Of a stretch of 64,000 bases of DNA, positions 17,817-26,729 are shown piece by piece. How positions within the stretch are numbered: the first letter of the stretch is position 1; every line of letters begins with the position of its first letter. The position numbers and the translations under genes are program-made. The DNA is from Candidatus Melainabacteria bacterium SSGW_16 (GTDB taxonomy: Bacteria; Cyanobacteriota; Vampirovibrionia; 2-02-FULL-35-15). The notes under the pieces are model-generated. The model did no database searches. It worked only from the letters and a program-made list of their open reading frames with translations, and was not told the DNA's origin. The stretch covers positions 446-64,445 of the forward strand of contig DUDS01000019.1 of assembly GCA_004769085.1 (NCBI GenBank), read 5' to 3'.

Positions 17817-18530
17817 ATGATTCACATGCCGAAGCTTTGTGTAAATGTAGATCATATTGCCACTGTAAGGGAAGCAAGAAAAACCATAGAGCCTGATCCT
17901 CTGGCTGGTGCAATGCTTGCCATAGAAGGTGGTGCAGATGGAATTACAGTCCATTTAAGGGAAGACAGAAGACACATAAAAGATAGAGATGTACTTGTAC
18001 TTAGACAAAATTTAAAAGGTGTGATTTTTACCATGGAAATGGCAGCAACAGAAGAAATGGCAGAGATTGCAAAAAAAATAAAACCAGATTTAATAACTCT
18101 CGTACCTGAAAAAAGACAGGAATTAACTACAGAAGGCGGATTGAATGTAACTGATCAAAAGGAACATCTTAAAAGATATATAGAAGATTTGCATAAAAGC
18201 AATCTGGTTATAAGCATTTTCATAAATGCAGATACTGATCAAGTTAAAACTGCAAAAGAAATTGATACGGATTTTGTAGAGATACACACAGGTCCCTATG
18301 CAGAAAATCCAGATGTAAAAGAGCTGAAAAAAGTTACAGATGCAATAAATTTTTCAAATAAAATAGGACTTAAAACAAATGCAGGACACGGGTTAAATTA
18401 CGAGAACACGGCCCCCATAGTAAATATTCCTGGCATAAAGCAACTTCATATAGGACATTCTGTAATTAGCAGGGCAGTCTTAGTAGGTATAAAACAGGCT
18501 GTATGGGAGATGAAACAAATCCTAAAATAG
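17817..18530 (+). CDS. pdxJ: Pyridoxine 5'-phosphate synthase
   Basis: KLCVNVDHIATVREARKTIEPDPLAGAMLAIEGGADGITVHLREDRRHI is the PdxJ signature. Confidence 0.85.
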   Translation: MIHMPKLCVNVDHIATVREARKTIEPDPLAGAMLAIEGGADGITVHLREDRRHIKDRDVLVLRQNLKGVIFTMEMAATEEMAEIAKKIKPDLITLVPEKRQELTTEGGLNVTDQKEHLKRYIEDLHKSNLVISIFINADTDQVKTAKEIDTDFVEIHTGPYAENPDVKELKKVTDAINFSNKIGLKTNAGHGLNYENTAPIVNIPGIKQLHIGHSVISRAVLVGIKQAVWEMKQILK

Positions 18531-18616
18531 TTTTTATTTAAACTAGGTTTATCCTATGTTATAGAGGCCACCAAAACGGGAATAATATACTCACGTTAAA
18601 ATAAAGAAGAGATTTA

Positions 18617-18639
18617 GGAACCGCAAGGTTCTTTTTTTA
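18617..18639 (+). terminator. Putative Rho-independent terminator after pdxJ
   Basis: gGAACCgcaaGGTTC followed by TTTTTTT. The stem is only 5 bp and loop-adjacent positions are imperfect, so this is a weak call. Confidence 0.4.
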
Positions 18640-18673
18640 TTTTATAGTTATATTTTGTTGTAGGGGGCGTACT

Positions 18674-20188
18674 GTGGTACGCCCCTACTGTTATTATTTT
18701 CATGTGCCTTTGGATATTGATATAAAACTTGGACAACAATTTTTTGTAGGCTTTAAAGGGACAACCCTGTCAAAAAAAACGGGTAGTTTTTTGGAAAAAA
18801 TACAACCCGGTGGAATTGTTTTTTTTGAAGAGAATATAAGAGATAAAAAACAGGTTAAAAACCTAATAAGAAGTATTAAAAGTATTCTTAGTATAAAGCC
18901 ATTTATTGCAGTTGACCAGGAAGGTGGTCCAGTTGAGAGACTAAGAAGGATCTGTACTTCACTATCAAGTCCTTGGGGACTTGGAAAAGTTGGACTAAAG
19001 GAGTTATTACTTGCTCATGAAATTATTGCTTCAGAACTTTCAGAGCTTGGTTTTAATATGAACTTTGCCCCGGTTCTTGATATAAATTCAAATCCCGAAA
19101 ACCCGGTTATTGGCACAAGAGCAATAAGCGCTGATCCGGAAACCGTAAACAAATACGGGAATAAAATAATTGAACTGTATATGAAGCATAATATTATTCC
19201 GGTTGCCAAACACTTTCCCGGACATGGAGATTTAAATATTGATTCACACTTTGATTTGCCAATTTTAAACAAATCAAAAAAAGAACTGTTTAGATCAGAA
19301 TTGATTCCTTTTATTAATGCCATTCATAAAAAAGTACCATGTATAATGATCGGACATATTTATCTTCCAAAACTAGAGAAAGAAAAAAATAAACCTGCAA
19401 GTATTTCAAAAAACATAACAACAAAACTCTTAAGAAATGAACTTGGGTATAAAGGGCTCATTCTTACTGATGAACTAAACATGAAAGGGGTTACAAAGAA
19501 TTACCCATTAAACACTGCTACATTTCATGCACTTAAAGCCGGAGCTGATTTATTACTACTTAATCAGAATGAAGAGCTAACATTAAATGCATTTAATTAT
19601 TTACGAGATGCAGTCCATAAGGATAAATCTCTTGTTCAGATAAATAACAAAGCCTATAAAAGAATAATCTCAATAAAGAACACTTTTATAGATAGAACAG
19701 GAAGGCTTTTTAAGAAGGATTTATCAAATCATGAAAAGATCTCAGAAGAACTTGCTCAAAAAACAGTTCATTGGTATAAGAGAGATTTATTTCTGAAGCC
19801 ATTAAAACCTAAATCACCAGTAGAAATAATATATCCCGAGAGCCCAAAACTAAGAGAAGTAGATTTGAAGGCTATCTGTAAAAAATTAAGATTTGATACC
19901 TTTAGGTTAACCAGATATAAAATTAATCCTTCATCAAAAGAAATAAATAAAATAACAGCCAGGCTAAACTATAAAAGGAATATAGTAATAATTACCTATG
20001 ACATTGCATGCAGAAAAGGACAAAAGAAACTTGTTAACAGGATTTTAAAAAAGCACCGTAATCTAATCGTGATTGCAGCAGGATTAGAACAGGATTTGAG
20101 GGCTATCCCCAATATTAATAGTTTCATAGCTGCCTTTGCGCCTAATTTCATTAGTCTTTATGCTGCTTTTAAAAAGCTTTTACTTTAA
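18674..20188 (+). CDS. nagZ: Beta-N-acetylhexosaminidase, glycoside hydrolase family 3 (NagZ-like) with C-terminal extension
   Basis: AVDQEGGPVERL and KHFPGHGDLNIDSHFDLP are GH3 catalytic motifs. The predicted GTG start lies inside a GC-rich hairpin, so the true start may be GTG 18713 or TTG 18719. Confidence 0.7.
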   Translation: MVRPYCYYFHVPLDIDIKLGQQFFVGFKGTTLSKKTGSFLEKIQPGGIVFFEENIRDKKQVKNLIRSIKSILSIKPFIAVDQEGGPVERLRRICTSLSSPWGLGKVGLKELLLAHEIIASELSELGFNMNFAPVLDINSNPENPVIGTRAISADPETVNKYGNKIIELYMKHNIIPVAKHFPGHGDLNIDSHFDLPILNKSKKELFRSELIPFINAIHKKVPCIMIGHIYLPKLEKEKNKPASISKNITTKLLRNELGYKGLILTDELNMKGVTKNYPLNTATFHALKAGADLLLLNQNEELTLNAFNYLRDAVHKDKSLVQINNKAYKRIISIKNTFIDRTGRLFKKDLSNHEKISEELAQKTVHWYKRDLFLKPLKPKSPVEIIYPESPKLREVDLKAICKKLRFDTFRLTRYKINPSSKEINKITARLNYKRNIVIITYDIACRKGQKKLVNRILKKHRNLIVIAAGLEQDLRAIPNINSFIAAFAPNFISLYAAFKKLLL

Positions 20189-20283
20189 AGTATATGAAAG
20201 AACATTATCAGATTTTAATAATTTCTCTAAACCTTCTCTTAACTAATCTCATGTAGTTTACCTCTACCGCATAAAGGGACATT

Positions 20284-20727
20284 ATGTCATTCAAATATCG
20301 TTTAGAAAAAGTCCTGAAGATTCGAGAAGAACAACTCGATGAAGCAATACTTAAAATGAAAAAAGCAGAAGAAAATCTTAAATCCATTTCATACGATCTC
20401 AGTGTAACAACTGAACACAGAAATGATCTTCATACTGAACTTATAAAAGAGGGATTATCACATGCAACTCTCTACGTAAGAAGGATTAAGCAACTGAATG
20501 AAAGAATTGCAAAATTAGAAAAAGATCTTCAGTCCGCACAAGATGCACTTATTAAGGCCAAAGAAGATGTAATCGAAGCAAAGATGAAACTTGAAGCTCT
20601 GAAAAAACATAAACAGAAAAAATACAGTGATTATATAAATGAAGAAAACAGAAAAGAAAGACTTATGCTGGATGAAATTGGTGTACTAAAGCACACAAGA
20701 GAGCTGATAGAAAGTAGGGAGGAATAA
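20284..20727 (+). CDS. fliJ: Flagellar export chaperone FliJ-like coiled-coil protein
   Basis: 147 aa, entirely coiled-coil (YRLEKVLKIREEQLDEAILKMKKAEENL). It lies upstream of FliK-like and rod-protein genes. Confidence 0.5.
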   Translation: MSFKYRLEKVLKIREEQLDEAILKMKKAEENLKSISYDLSVTTEHRNDLHTELIKEGLSHATLYVRRIKQLNERIAKLEKDLQSAQDALIKAKEDVIEAKMKLEALKKHKQKKYSDYINEENRKERLMLDEIGVLKHTRELIESREE

Positions 20728-21519
20728 GTGGCTGGACCAATAATACAACCTGGCGACACAAAAGCCTTCAGACTTGGAATAAGTTTGCTTGATAATCCTT
20801 ATGTAAAACCTGCCAGTGCACTAAGCTTTGAAGAAGTACTGGATAGCAAAACAAAAGAGGTTACAGAAAAAGTAAAAGATGAGACTGTTAAAACCTCGGA
20901 AGAAACTTCTGACACGAAAAACAAGAAGTTAGACAGAAACTCAAAAGATGAACTTTTTAACATTAATAAGATAGTTCAAAATGACAGAAACCAAGGTGCT
21001 GAATTAAAAAACACATACACATTATTAAAGCAGTTTAAACAAAACAGGAAATCCTATGAGGAAGAGTCTTCAAAAGGATCAAGACACAACACTCTAACCA
21101 ATGTATACAACGCTGCAGGACAACCCCAAATACAAGCGACTTACGAAAGAGGATCACAGAGAAGAATGTCAAAATCACAACTTCTCAATTTGTGGGAAAA
21201 AGTAGCTCCATGGATAACAGAAGACGCAATGAAGAAATCAATTAGGGTTGACATTCCATTGGTAAATGACATACAAGCCCTCGTACTTAGAATGCACCCG
21301 GACAAAAGTGTAACAGCATCACTTCTGGGATCAGAAGAGATGGGAAAACTAATCAAAGAAAACAAAGACAAGCTTGACAGAAACCTAAAGCATCACAAGC
21401 TCTCATTAAGGGAATTTAATACCTATCATTCAGAGCTTACATTTAATTCGGAATCCGGAACAAAGAAACAAAAGAAAAAAGCAAAAATAGGTGACAAGAA
21501 ACAGGTAGATTTAATTTAA
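20728..21519 (+). CDS. Flagellar hook-length control protein FliK-like
   Basis: The C-terminal region IRVDIPLVNDIQALVLRMHPDKSVTASLLGSEEMGKLIKEN resembles the FliK Flg_hook domain (LRLQLHPEELGRV...). It sits between fliJ and a rod/hook gene. Confidence 0.45.
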   Translation: MAGPIIQPGDTKAFRLGISLLDNPYVKPASALSFEEVLDSKTKEVTEKVKDETVKTSEETSDTKNKKLDRNSKDELFNINKIVQNDRNQGAELKNTYTLLKQFKQNRKSYEEESSKGSRHNTLTNVYNAAGQPQIQATYERGSQRRMSKSQLLNLWEKVAPWITEDAMKKSIRVDIPLVNDIQALVLRMHPDKSVTASLLGSEEMGKLIKENKDKLDRNLKHHKLSLREFNTYHSELTFNSESGTKKQKKKAKIGDKKQVDLI

Positions 21520-21541
21520 GGTTTAGAAGGAGAAAGAAAAC

Positions 21542-22426
21542 ATGTTTAACTCAACAACAATATCAGCAAATGCAGCCCAGTCATCACTGGAATTGATTGA
21601 CATACTGTCAACAAACATAATCAATTCAGAAGCCCCTGGTTTCAACAGCAAAAGATTTTCATTTCATGATTATCTTACAGGTGGACAGGTAGAAATTAAT
21701 GGTAATTCATGGAGACAAGGGAAAAAAATTGTCAGAGTGGGTGAGCCAACCAAAATGATGCTCTCAGGAAAAGGCTTTTTTACAACTGTAAATCCACAAA
21801 ACAATGAGATCCTTTATACAAGGCTTGGTGATTTTAATTTTGACAGAAGCGGTTACCTCGCAACACAGGAAGGTTTTCTTCTTTTAGGAACACCTTTGAT
21901 ATCAAATGTACAGCCAAAAGGTGGTAACTCACAGTACAAAACTCCAGGAGCAAAATATGATATTTCTACATTTGTGGATCCTTTTAATAATCCTTTAAAC
22001 AGAGAGCATCCACAGGCAGATCAGGGAGCAGCACTAGGTGGCCCACAGCCAATTAATCTGGCAGTTGATCCAACAAACGGACTATACCTGGGCAAATATG
22101 AAAAAATAAGAATTGATGAATCAGGTGTGGTTTGGGGAAGATACGGTGATAGTGAAGTATCCCTCTATAAAATTACACTTAATAATTTTCAAAATCTAAA
22201 TGGATTGAAAAATTTCCGCGACACATACTGGAAGCAAACTTCAGAAAGCGGTGCCCCGCTTCCGTGCAGTGCAACAGTATTCAATGAAGCTTTAGAAAAA
22301 TCAAATGTATGGGCAAAGGTCGAGGTTGATTACATTATTGAAGCTCAAAGACAATATTCCGCTGCAATAAATGCTCACAAGGTAGCAGACAGACTGATGC
22401 AGCAAGCAATTGAACTTGTTGGTTAA
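21542..22426 (+). CDS. Flagellar basal-body rod / hook family protein (FlgF/FlgG-like)
   Basis: The N-terminal motif LSTNIINSEAPGF matches flg_bb_rod. The C-terminal SNVWAKVEVDYIIEAQRQYSAAINAHKVADRLMQQ matches the FlgG C-terminal motif (SNVDLxxEMVNMIxAQRxYEANSK). Confidence 0.7.
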   Translation: MFNSTTISANAAQSSLELIDILSTNIINSEAPGFNSKRFSFHDYLTGGQVEINGNSWRQGKKIVRVGEPTKMMLSGKGFFTTVNPQNNEILYTRLGDFNFDRSGYLATQEGFLLLGTPLISNVQPKGGNSQYKTPGAKYDISTFVDPFNNPLNREHPQADQGAALGGPQPINLAVDPTNGLYLGKYEKIRIDESGVVWGRYGDSEVSLYKITLNNFQNLNGLKNFRDTYWKQTSESGAPLPCSATVFNEALEKSNVWAKVEVDYIIEAQRQYSAAINAHKVADRLMQQAIELVG

Positions 22427-22466
22427 TCCCACCCAAATTACCCCTGTCAACTGACAAGTTCGTATG

Positions 22467-22493
22467 AAAACCCCTGGGAAACCAGGGGTTTTT
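22467..22493. terminator. Bidirectional Rho-independent terminator
   Basis: aaaaCCCCTGGgaaaCCAGGGGttttt: a perfect 7-bp GC stem, GAAA loop, and A-tract / T-tract on either side. It serves the convergent rod-protein gene (+) and carA (-). Confidence 0.75.
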
Positions 22494-22675
22494 CATTTCT
22501 TTATACCGGTTTTTGTCACGCTGCGTCGCTTCTTCGTTTTTTCATATCTTCTCTTAAGGAACTACGAAGACTCCTTGCTATTTTGATCTAATCATTTTCG
22601 ACGCTCAGATTTTCGCTATTGGAAAATCTTCGCTTTGATTCTAGTTTATCCTTGAATGTTACAAAATATTTTTGA

Positions 22676-22788
22676 CAAATGTGCTTACACAACGCGAAAC
22701 CCATGCCCGAAGTCGAGCGTTGTAGGCTTCGAGCCGTACAAGCGAGCGCAGGGTATGGGTGGAGCATAAAAAGTGTAAGCACATTTGA
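22676..22788. repeat. GC-rich ~113-bp nested-hairpin element, copy 2 (TIR caaatgtgcttacac / gtgtaagcacatttg)
   Basis: Perfect 15-bp TIR. Inner stem aacccatgccc / gggtatgggtg. It shares ...gcgaaacccat.ccc...gggtatgggt.gagcataaaaagtgtaagcaca with copy 1 and lies 14 bp after the carA stop. Confidence 0.85.
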
Positions 22789-22802
22789 GGTTTACTATAA
22801 AC

Positions 22803-23942
22803 TTAATCAATCGGCTTATAATTTTGTTTTTTAATTATCTCTACAAAATCTCTAAACAAATAATCACTATCGTGAGGACCGGGAGACGCTTCAGGATGAT
22901 ACTGAACAGAAAATACAGGAAGTTCTTTGTGTCTGAAACCTTCGTTTGTATTATCGTTTAAATTATAGTGTGTTATCTCGAGCTCTTTAGGTAAAGTATC
23001 AGCATCAACTGCAAAACCATGATTTTGAGCAGTTATTTCAACCCTACCAGTAAGAACATTTTTGACAGGTTGGTTTGCACCTCTATGACCGAATTTCATT
23101 TTAAAGGTTTTTGCACCAAATGCCTGTGCCAAAAGCTGGTGCCCAAGACAAATTCCAAAAACAGGGATTTTTAGATCATTTATTATTTTTTTTATTGTTT
23201 CAACAGCATATTTTACCGGTTCAGGATCACCAGGACCATTTGACAAAAATAACCCGACTGGATTTATAGATTTAATTTCATCAAATGTACTTGTTGCAGG
23301 AACAACAAGAGGAGCCAGCCCATAATGACTAAGTCTATTCAATATATTTTGTTTTATCCCGAAATCAATGGCAACTATAGGCCATGCTGGCTGTCTTTTT
23401 GGCATTGGTCCTCGGTATTTTTCTTTTGTACTAACAACCTTTGCAAGATCTGTTCCTAACATTAAAGGAGAATTTAAAACCTCTTTCTGAAGCTTATCCG
23501 GAGCCAGAATTTCAGTAGAAATTCCTGCCCTCATGGCACCAGAGGATCTGATTTTTTTTGTTATTGCCCTTGTATCCACACCACTAATACCAACCAGCTT
23601 GTGAGATTGCAAGAAATCACTTAATGTACCTTCTGCGCGCCAGTTGCTAATCACCGGGCTTAAATCTTTAACAACAATCCCTTTTGCAAAACTCATTTTG
23701 GATTCGTTATCGCTACTATTAACACCATAGTTTCCTATTTCAGGATAAGTAAATGTAATTATTTGTCCCGCATAACTTGGATCAGTAATAATTTCCTGAT
23801 ATCCAGTCATGCTTGTATTAAATACAATCTCTCCAAAAGCAGTCCCATCAGAACCAAAGTTTTCCCCTTCAAAAAAAGTTCCATCTTCAAGTACTAAAAT
23901 TGCTTTTTTGCTTTGCATCTTTAACATTTTACTTCCAGCCAA
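22803..23942 (-). CDS. carA: Carbamoyl-phosphate synthase small (glutaminase) subunit
   Basis: LVLEDGTFFEGENFGSDGTAFGEIVFNTSMTGYQEIITDPSYAGQI; the GATase triad region GICLGHQLL. Confidence 0.85.
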   Translation of the reverse strand: MAGSKMLKMQSKKAILVLEDGTFFEGENFGSDGTAFGEIVFNTSMTGYQEIITDPSYAGQIITFTYPEIGNYGVNSSDNESKMSFAKGIVVKDLSPVISNWRAEGTLSDFLQSHKLVGISGVDTRAITKKIRSSGAMRAGISTEILAPDKLQKEVLNSPLMLGTDLAKVVSTKEKYRGPMPKRQPAWPIVAIDFGIKQNILNRLSHYGLAPLVVPATSTFDEIKSINPVGLFLSNGPGDPEPVKYAVETIKKIINDLKIPVFGICLGHQLLAQAFGAKTFKMKFGHRGANQPVKNVLTGRVEITAQNHGFAVDADTLPKELEITHYNLNDNTNEGFRHKELPVFSVQYHPEASPGPHDSDYLFRDFVEIIKKQNYKPID

Positions 23943-24154
23943 ATAATAGTAACTAAGTACTACTTCTGTTCTTAATCTTTTATATCTTAATGAAGCATCT
24001 CTTTGTTTTATTCAAAAAGTAGTTAATTCTTAGCATTAAAGGTAATTAACAAAAGATTTAATTATTAGGAGTTGACTTTACACATAGAATGTTTAGAATC
24101 AGAAGTAGAGAGGTCCTTAATTGTCTCTTAACCAAATTGAAGAAGGAAAACTAA

Positions 24155-24658
24155 ATGCCACCCAGAACACCACAAAGAAGACCACAAATAGCTAGAACAA
24201 GAGGAAGCGATCCTACAGTAAGTATTGCAAGTGCTGCTGCTGCTAAAACCCAGCTTGCAAATGAAACAGAAGTATTCCCAGAACAACAAAACGCCCAGCC
24301 TAAAGAACAAAAGCAGCAGGCAAATGATGATCTCAAAAAATTAATTGAAACACTTAAAAACAAACTTGGAAATGGTCCGGCAGGTCAAGTGCAGAAAAAA
24401 GTACCACCTCAGCCATCGCGTGCTCCATGGAACAGAAGCATAGAAGAAAAACAGGATAAAAATGAAACTGGCTGGAAACCTGCATACACAGTTCTCACAA
24501 GAATTTCAAACCATGAAAAAGTACCTGTAAAGAATGTAAAATCTGCAGAAGTTACATTAAATTCACTTCCACACTCATTCATTTACAAGCCAGGCATAGA
24601 TGGAATTAAAGTTGATAAACTCCAGGTCAAACCAGGTAAACAAATCTGTATGGGCTAG
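24155..24658 (+). CDS. Hypothetical protein (basic/Gln-rich, low complexity N-terminus)
   Basis: AGGA about 8 nt upstream of the ATG and a reasonable amino-acid composition. No recognisable domain. The overlapping minus-strand ORFs are Cys/Phe-rich and look spurious. Confidence 0.4.
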   Translation: MPPRTPQRRPQIARTRGSDPTVSIASAAAAKTQLANETEVFPEQQNAQPKEQKQQANDDLKKLIETLKNKLGNGPAGQVQKKVPPQPSRAPWNRSIEEKQDKNETGWKPAYTVLTRISNHEKVPVKNVKSAEVTLNSLPHSFIYKPGIDGIKVDKLQVKPGKQICMG

Positions 24659-24872
24659 GTTCTTTTTATCAGCCCTCCTTGCTCCTTCGTCGCTTGTCGG
24701 GCTTTGCAAAGTGCTCCTGGTTTGCCATTTGCCACATTATTCAGATTTTACCGAATGAATCGGATAAAATCTTACTTTATAAGTAGTTTACTCTGATAAC
24801 TTACCATAGCTAGGCAGTAACCATTAATTGTTTACTATTAAATCTTCCTCTAGCTAAGAAGTAAATAAAAGT

Positions 24873-25538
24873 TTATTTAGAAGACTTTGATTTCTTATTA
24901 GTCCAATTTGGTTTATTTTCCTGTTTTGGTCTGGTAATTGCCAGCGCATTTTTTGGAACGTTTTTAGTAATTACAGAGCCGGCTGCTACCATTGCTCCTT
25001 CTTCAAGGGTAACCGGTGCAACAAGTACAGAATTTGAGCCTGTAGAAGCTTTGTCTTTTATTATTGTTTTGCTCTTTTTACCAGTGAGTGAATTATAGTT
25101 TGCAGTTATTGTACCTGCTCCAATATTTACACTTTTTCCAATTTTTGAATCTCCTATGTAACTCAAATGTGCAATCTGAGTTTTATCACCTATTGAACTG
25201 TTTTTTACTTCAACAAAATTTCCTACCTTCACATAGTTTGAAATCCGGGAATTGTCCCTGATCCTTGTATATGGACCAATCTGATTATTGTTTCCAATTT
25301 TTGAATCTGTAATATGAGAATAAGTTATTGTATTTCCGGAACCAATTGTTACATTGCCCTCAATATAAAGATTTGGTCCAAGGCTATTCCCTATTCCAAG
25401 TCTGACTTTACCCTTTAAAAAAGTATTGGGATAAATAATATTTCCTTTTGCAATTTTTACCTCAGTGCCAATATATGTGTTTCGTGGATCAAGTACTGTT
25501 ATGCCCTTATCTCTGAATTTTTTTATAACTTTTTCATT
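24873..25538 (-). CDS. Left-handed beta-helix acetyltransferase closely resembling the GlmU C-terminal domain (glucosamine-1-phosphate N-acetyltransferase), no uridyltransferase domain
   Basis: IGAGTITANYNSLTGKKSKTIIKDKASTGSNSVLVAPVTLEEGAMVAAGSVITKNVPKNALAI nearly matches the GlmU IGAGTITCNYDG..K.KT.IGD.VFVGS...VAPV tail. I set the start at MNEKVIKKF (25538) to avoid the 45-bp divergent overlap. Confidence 0.6.
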   Translation of the reverse strand, partial: NEKVIKKFRDKGITVLDPRNTYIGTEVKIAKGNIIYPNTFLKGKVRLGIGNSLGPNLYIEGNVTIGSGNTITYSHITDSKIGNNNQIGPYTRIRDNSRISNYVKVGNFVEVKNSSIGDKTQIAHLSYIGDSKIGKSVNIGAGTITANYNSLTGKKSKTIIKDKASTGSNSVLVAPVTLEEGAMVAAGSVITKNVPKNALAITRPKQENKPNWTNKKSKSSK

Positions 25539-25571
25539 CATACTGTAAAATGATATCAAATAAATTACGCT

Positions 25572-26729
25572 ATGCTTAAGAACTTCATAGAACAAGTTAA
25601 AGAAATAACGGAACATAAACCAAAAGCTTTCTCATTAATTACAAAATGGAAAGAATGCCAGAATTTCATTGGCAAAGTAAAAGATAAAAAGCCTCTTTTT
25701 ATCCTCGTAATTGGTTCAACAGAAACTGCCTTAATACCAGGAATTTCAGCAGCAGGTCAGAATCCCGAAAAAATAAAACATACCCCTTCGCTGGATGCTG
25801 ATTTTTTGCTGTCAAGAGAAAAAGGAGCTAAAAACTCAATACCTATTTCCCCTCATGGGATACCATCTCCAGCAATTATTTCAAAAGCACTTATTAAACT
25901 TTTAGAATTAGAGATAAATATCATAGATACAGGAGCATTTTTTAAACCACAATGTGATCACATAAGCCTGAATATGGGTGCCGGGAAATCTATTACTACA
26001 GGAAAAGCGCTTGACCCGATTAAAACAGATTTTTTATTTCAGAAAGGCGAGAAATTTGGTGCTAGTCTTTCTTCACATCCATATGTAATTATTGGGGAAT
26101 GTGTCCCTGGAGGAACAACAACAGCATTAAGTGTTTTATGTTCACTTGGAATAAATGCATTTGATCTTGTAAGCAGCAGCAGCCCGGACGGAAATAACAT
26201 GTGGAAAAATGAGGTTGTAAAAGATGCCCTTTTAAATAATCCTGAAGCCTTTACTGCCATTAAAAAAAATCCGCTTAAGTCAATTGAGTTTTTTGGAGAT
26301 ACAATGCAGGCATTTTTATGCGGGTTTATAAAAGGTGCACAAAAGATAAATCTACCTGTAATGCTAGCAGGTGGGTCACAAATGCTTGCTGTTTATTATT
26401 TAACTAAAAGAGTTCTGGAATATAGTCCACATGATACCGTGGTAGCAACTACCTCATGGATTACCAACGATAAAAATGCAAAAACAAAAAAACTAGCAGA
26501 ACTTTGTAATGCACCACTTATATCTTCAAATATAAGCTTTGCGGGCTCAAAACATTCTGGTCTAAGAGCATATGAAGAAGGACATATAAAAGAAGGTGTT
26601 GGCGCTGGTGGGCTAATGGTAGCTGCTGATTTATATAAAAATATTTCAATGGAGAACATAACAGAAAGGATTGAAACTTCTTATTCAGAAGTGATTAATT
26701 CAATAAATACTTTTAAACAACATTCCTAA
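25572..26729 (+). CDS. CobT-like phosphoribosyltransferase homolog (archaeal-type, TIGR00303/UPF0284-like)
   Basis: LFILVIGSTETALIPGISAAGQNPEKIKHTPSLDADFLL resembles the archaeal CobT-homolog signature. Adjacent convergent cobS supports a cobalamin lower-ligand role. The assignment is from memory of the family motif. Confidence 0.45.
   Translation: MLKNFIEQVKEITEHKPKAFSLITKWKECQNFIGKVKDKKPLFILVIGSTETALIPGISAAGQNPEKIKHTPSLDADFLLSREKGAKNSIPISPHGIPSPAIISKALIKLLELEINIIDTGAFFKPQCDHISLNMGAGKSITTGKALDPIKTDFLFQKGEKFGASLSSHPYVIIGECVPGGTTTALSVLCSLGINAFDLVSSSSPDGNNMWKNEVVKDALLNNPEAFTAIKKNPLKSIEFFGDTMQAFLCGFIKGAQKINLPVMLAGGSQMLAVYYLTKRVLEYSPHDTVVATTSWITNDKNAKTKKLAELCNAPLISSNISFAGSKHSGLRAYEEGHIKEGVGAGGLMVAADLYKNISMENITERIETSYSEVINSINTFKQHS

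Noticed and set aside
22588-22782. 64-aa minus-strand ORF
   Set aside because: It lies entirely within the intergenic nested-hairpin repeat and terminator region; an artefact of the GC-rich repeat.
24128-24363. Two overlapping minus-strand ORFs (60 and 70 aa)
   Set aside because: They are antisense to the better-supported 24155-24658 ORF. The Cys/Phe/Leu-rich composition is typical of out-of-frame translation.
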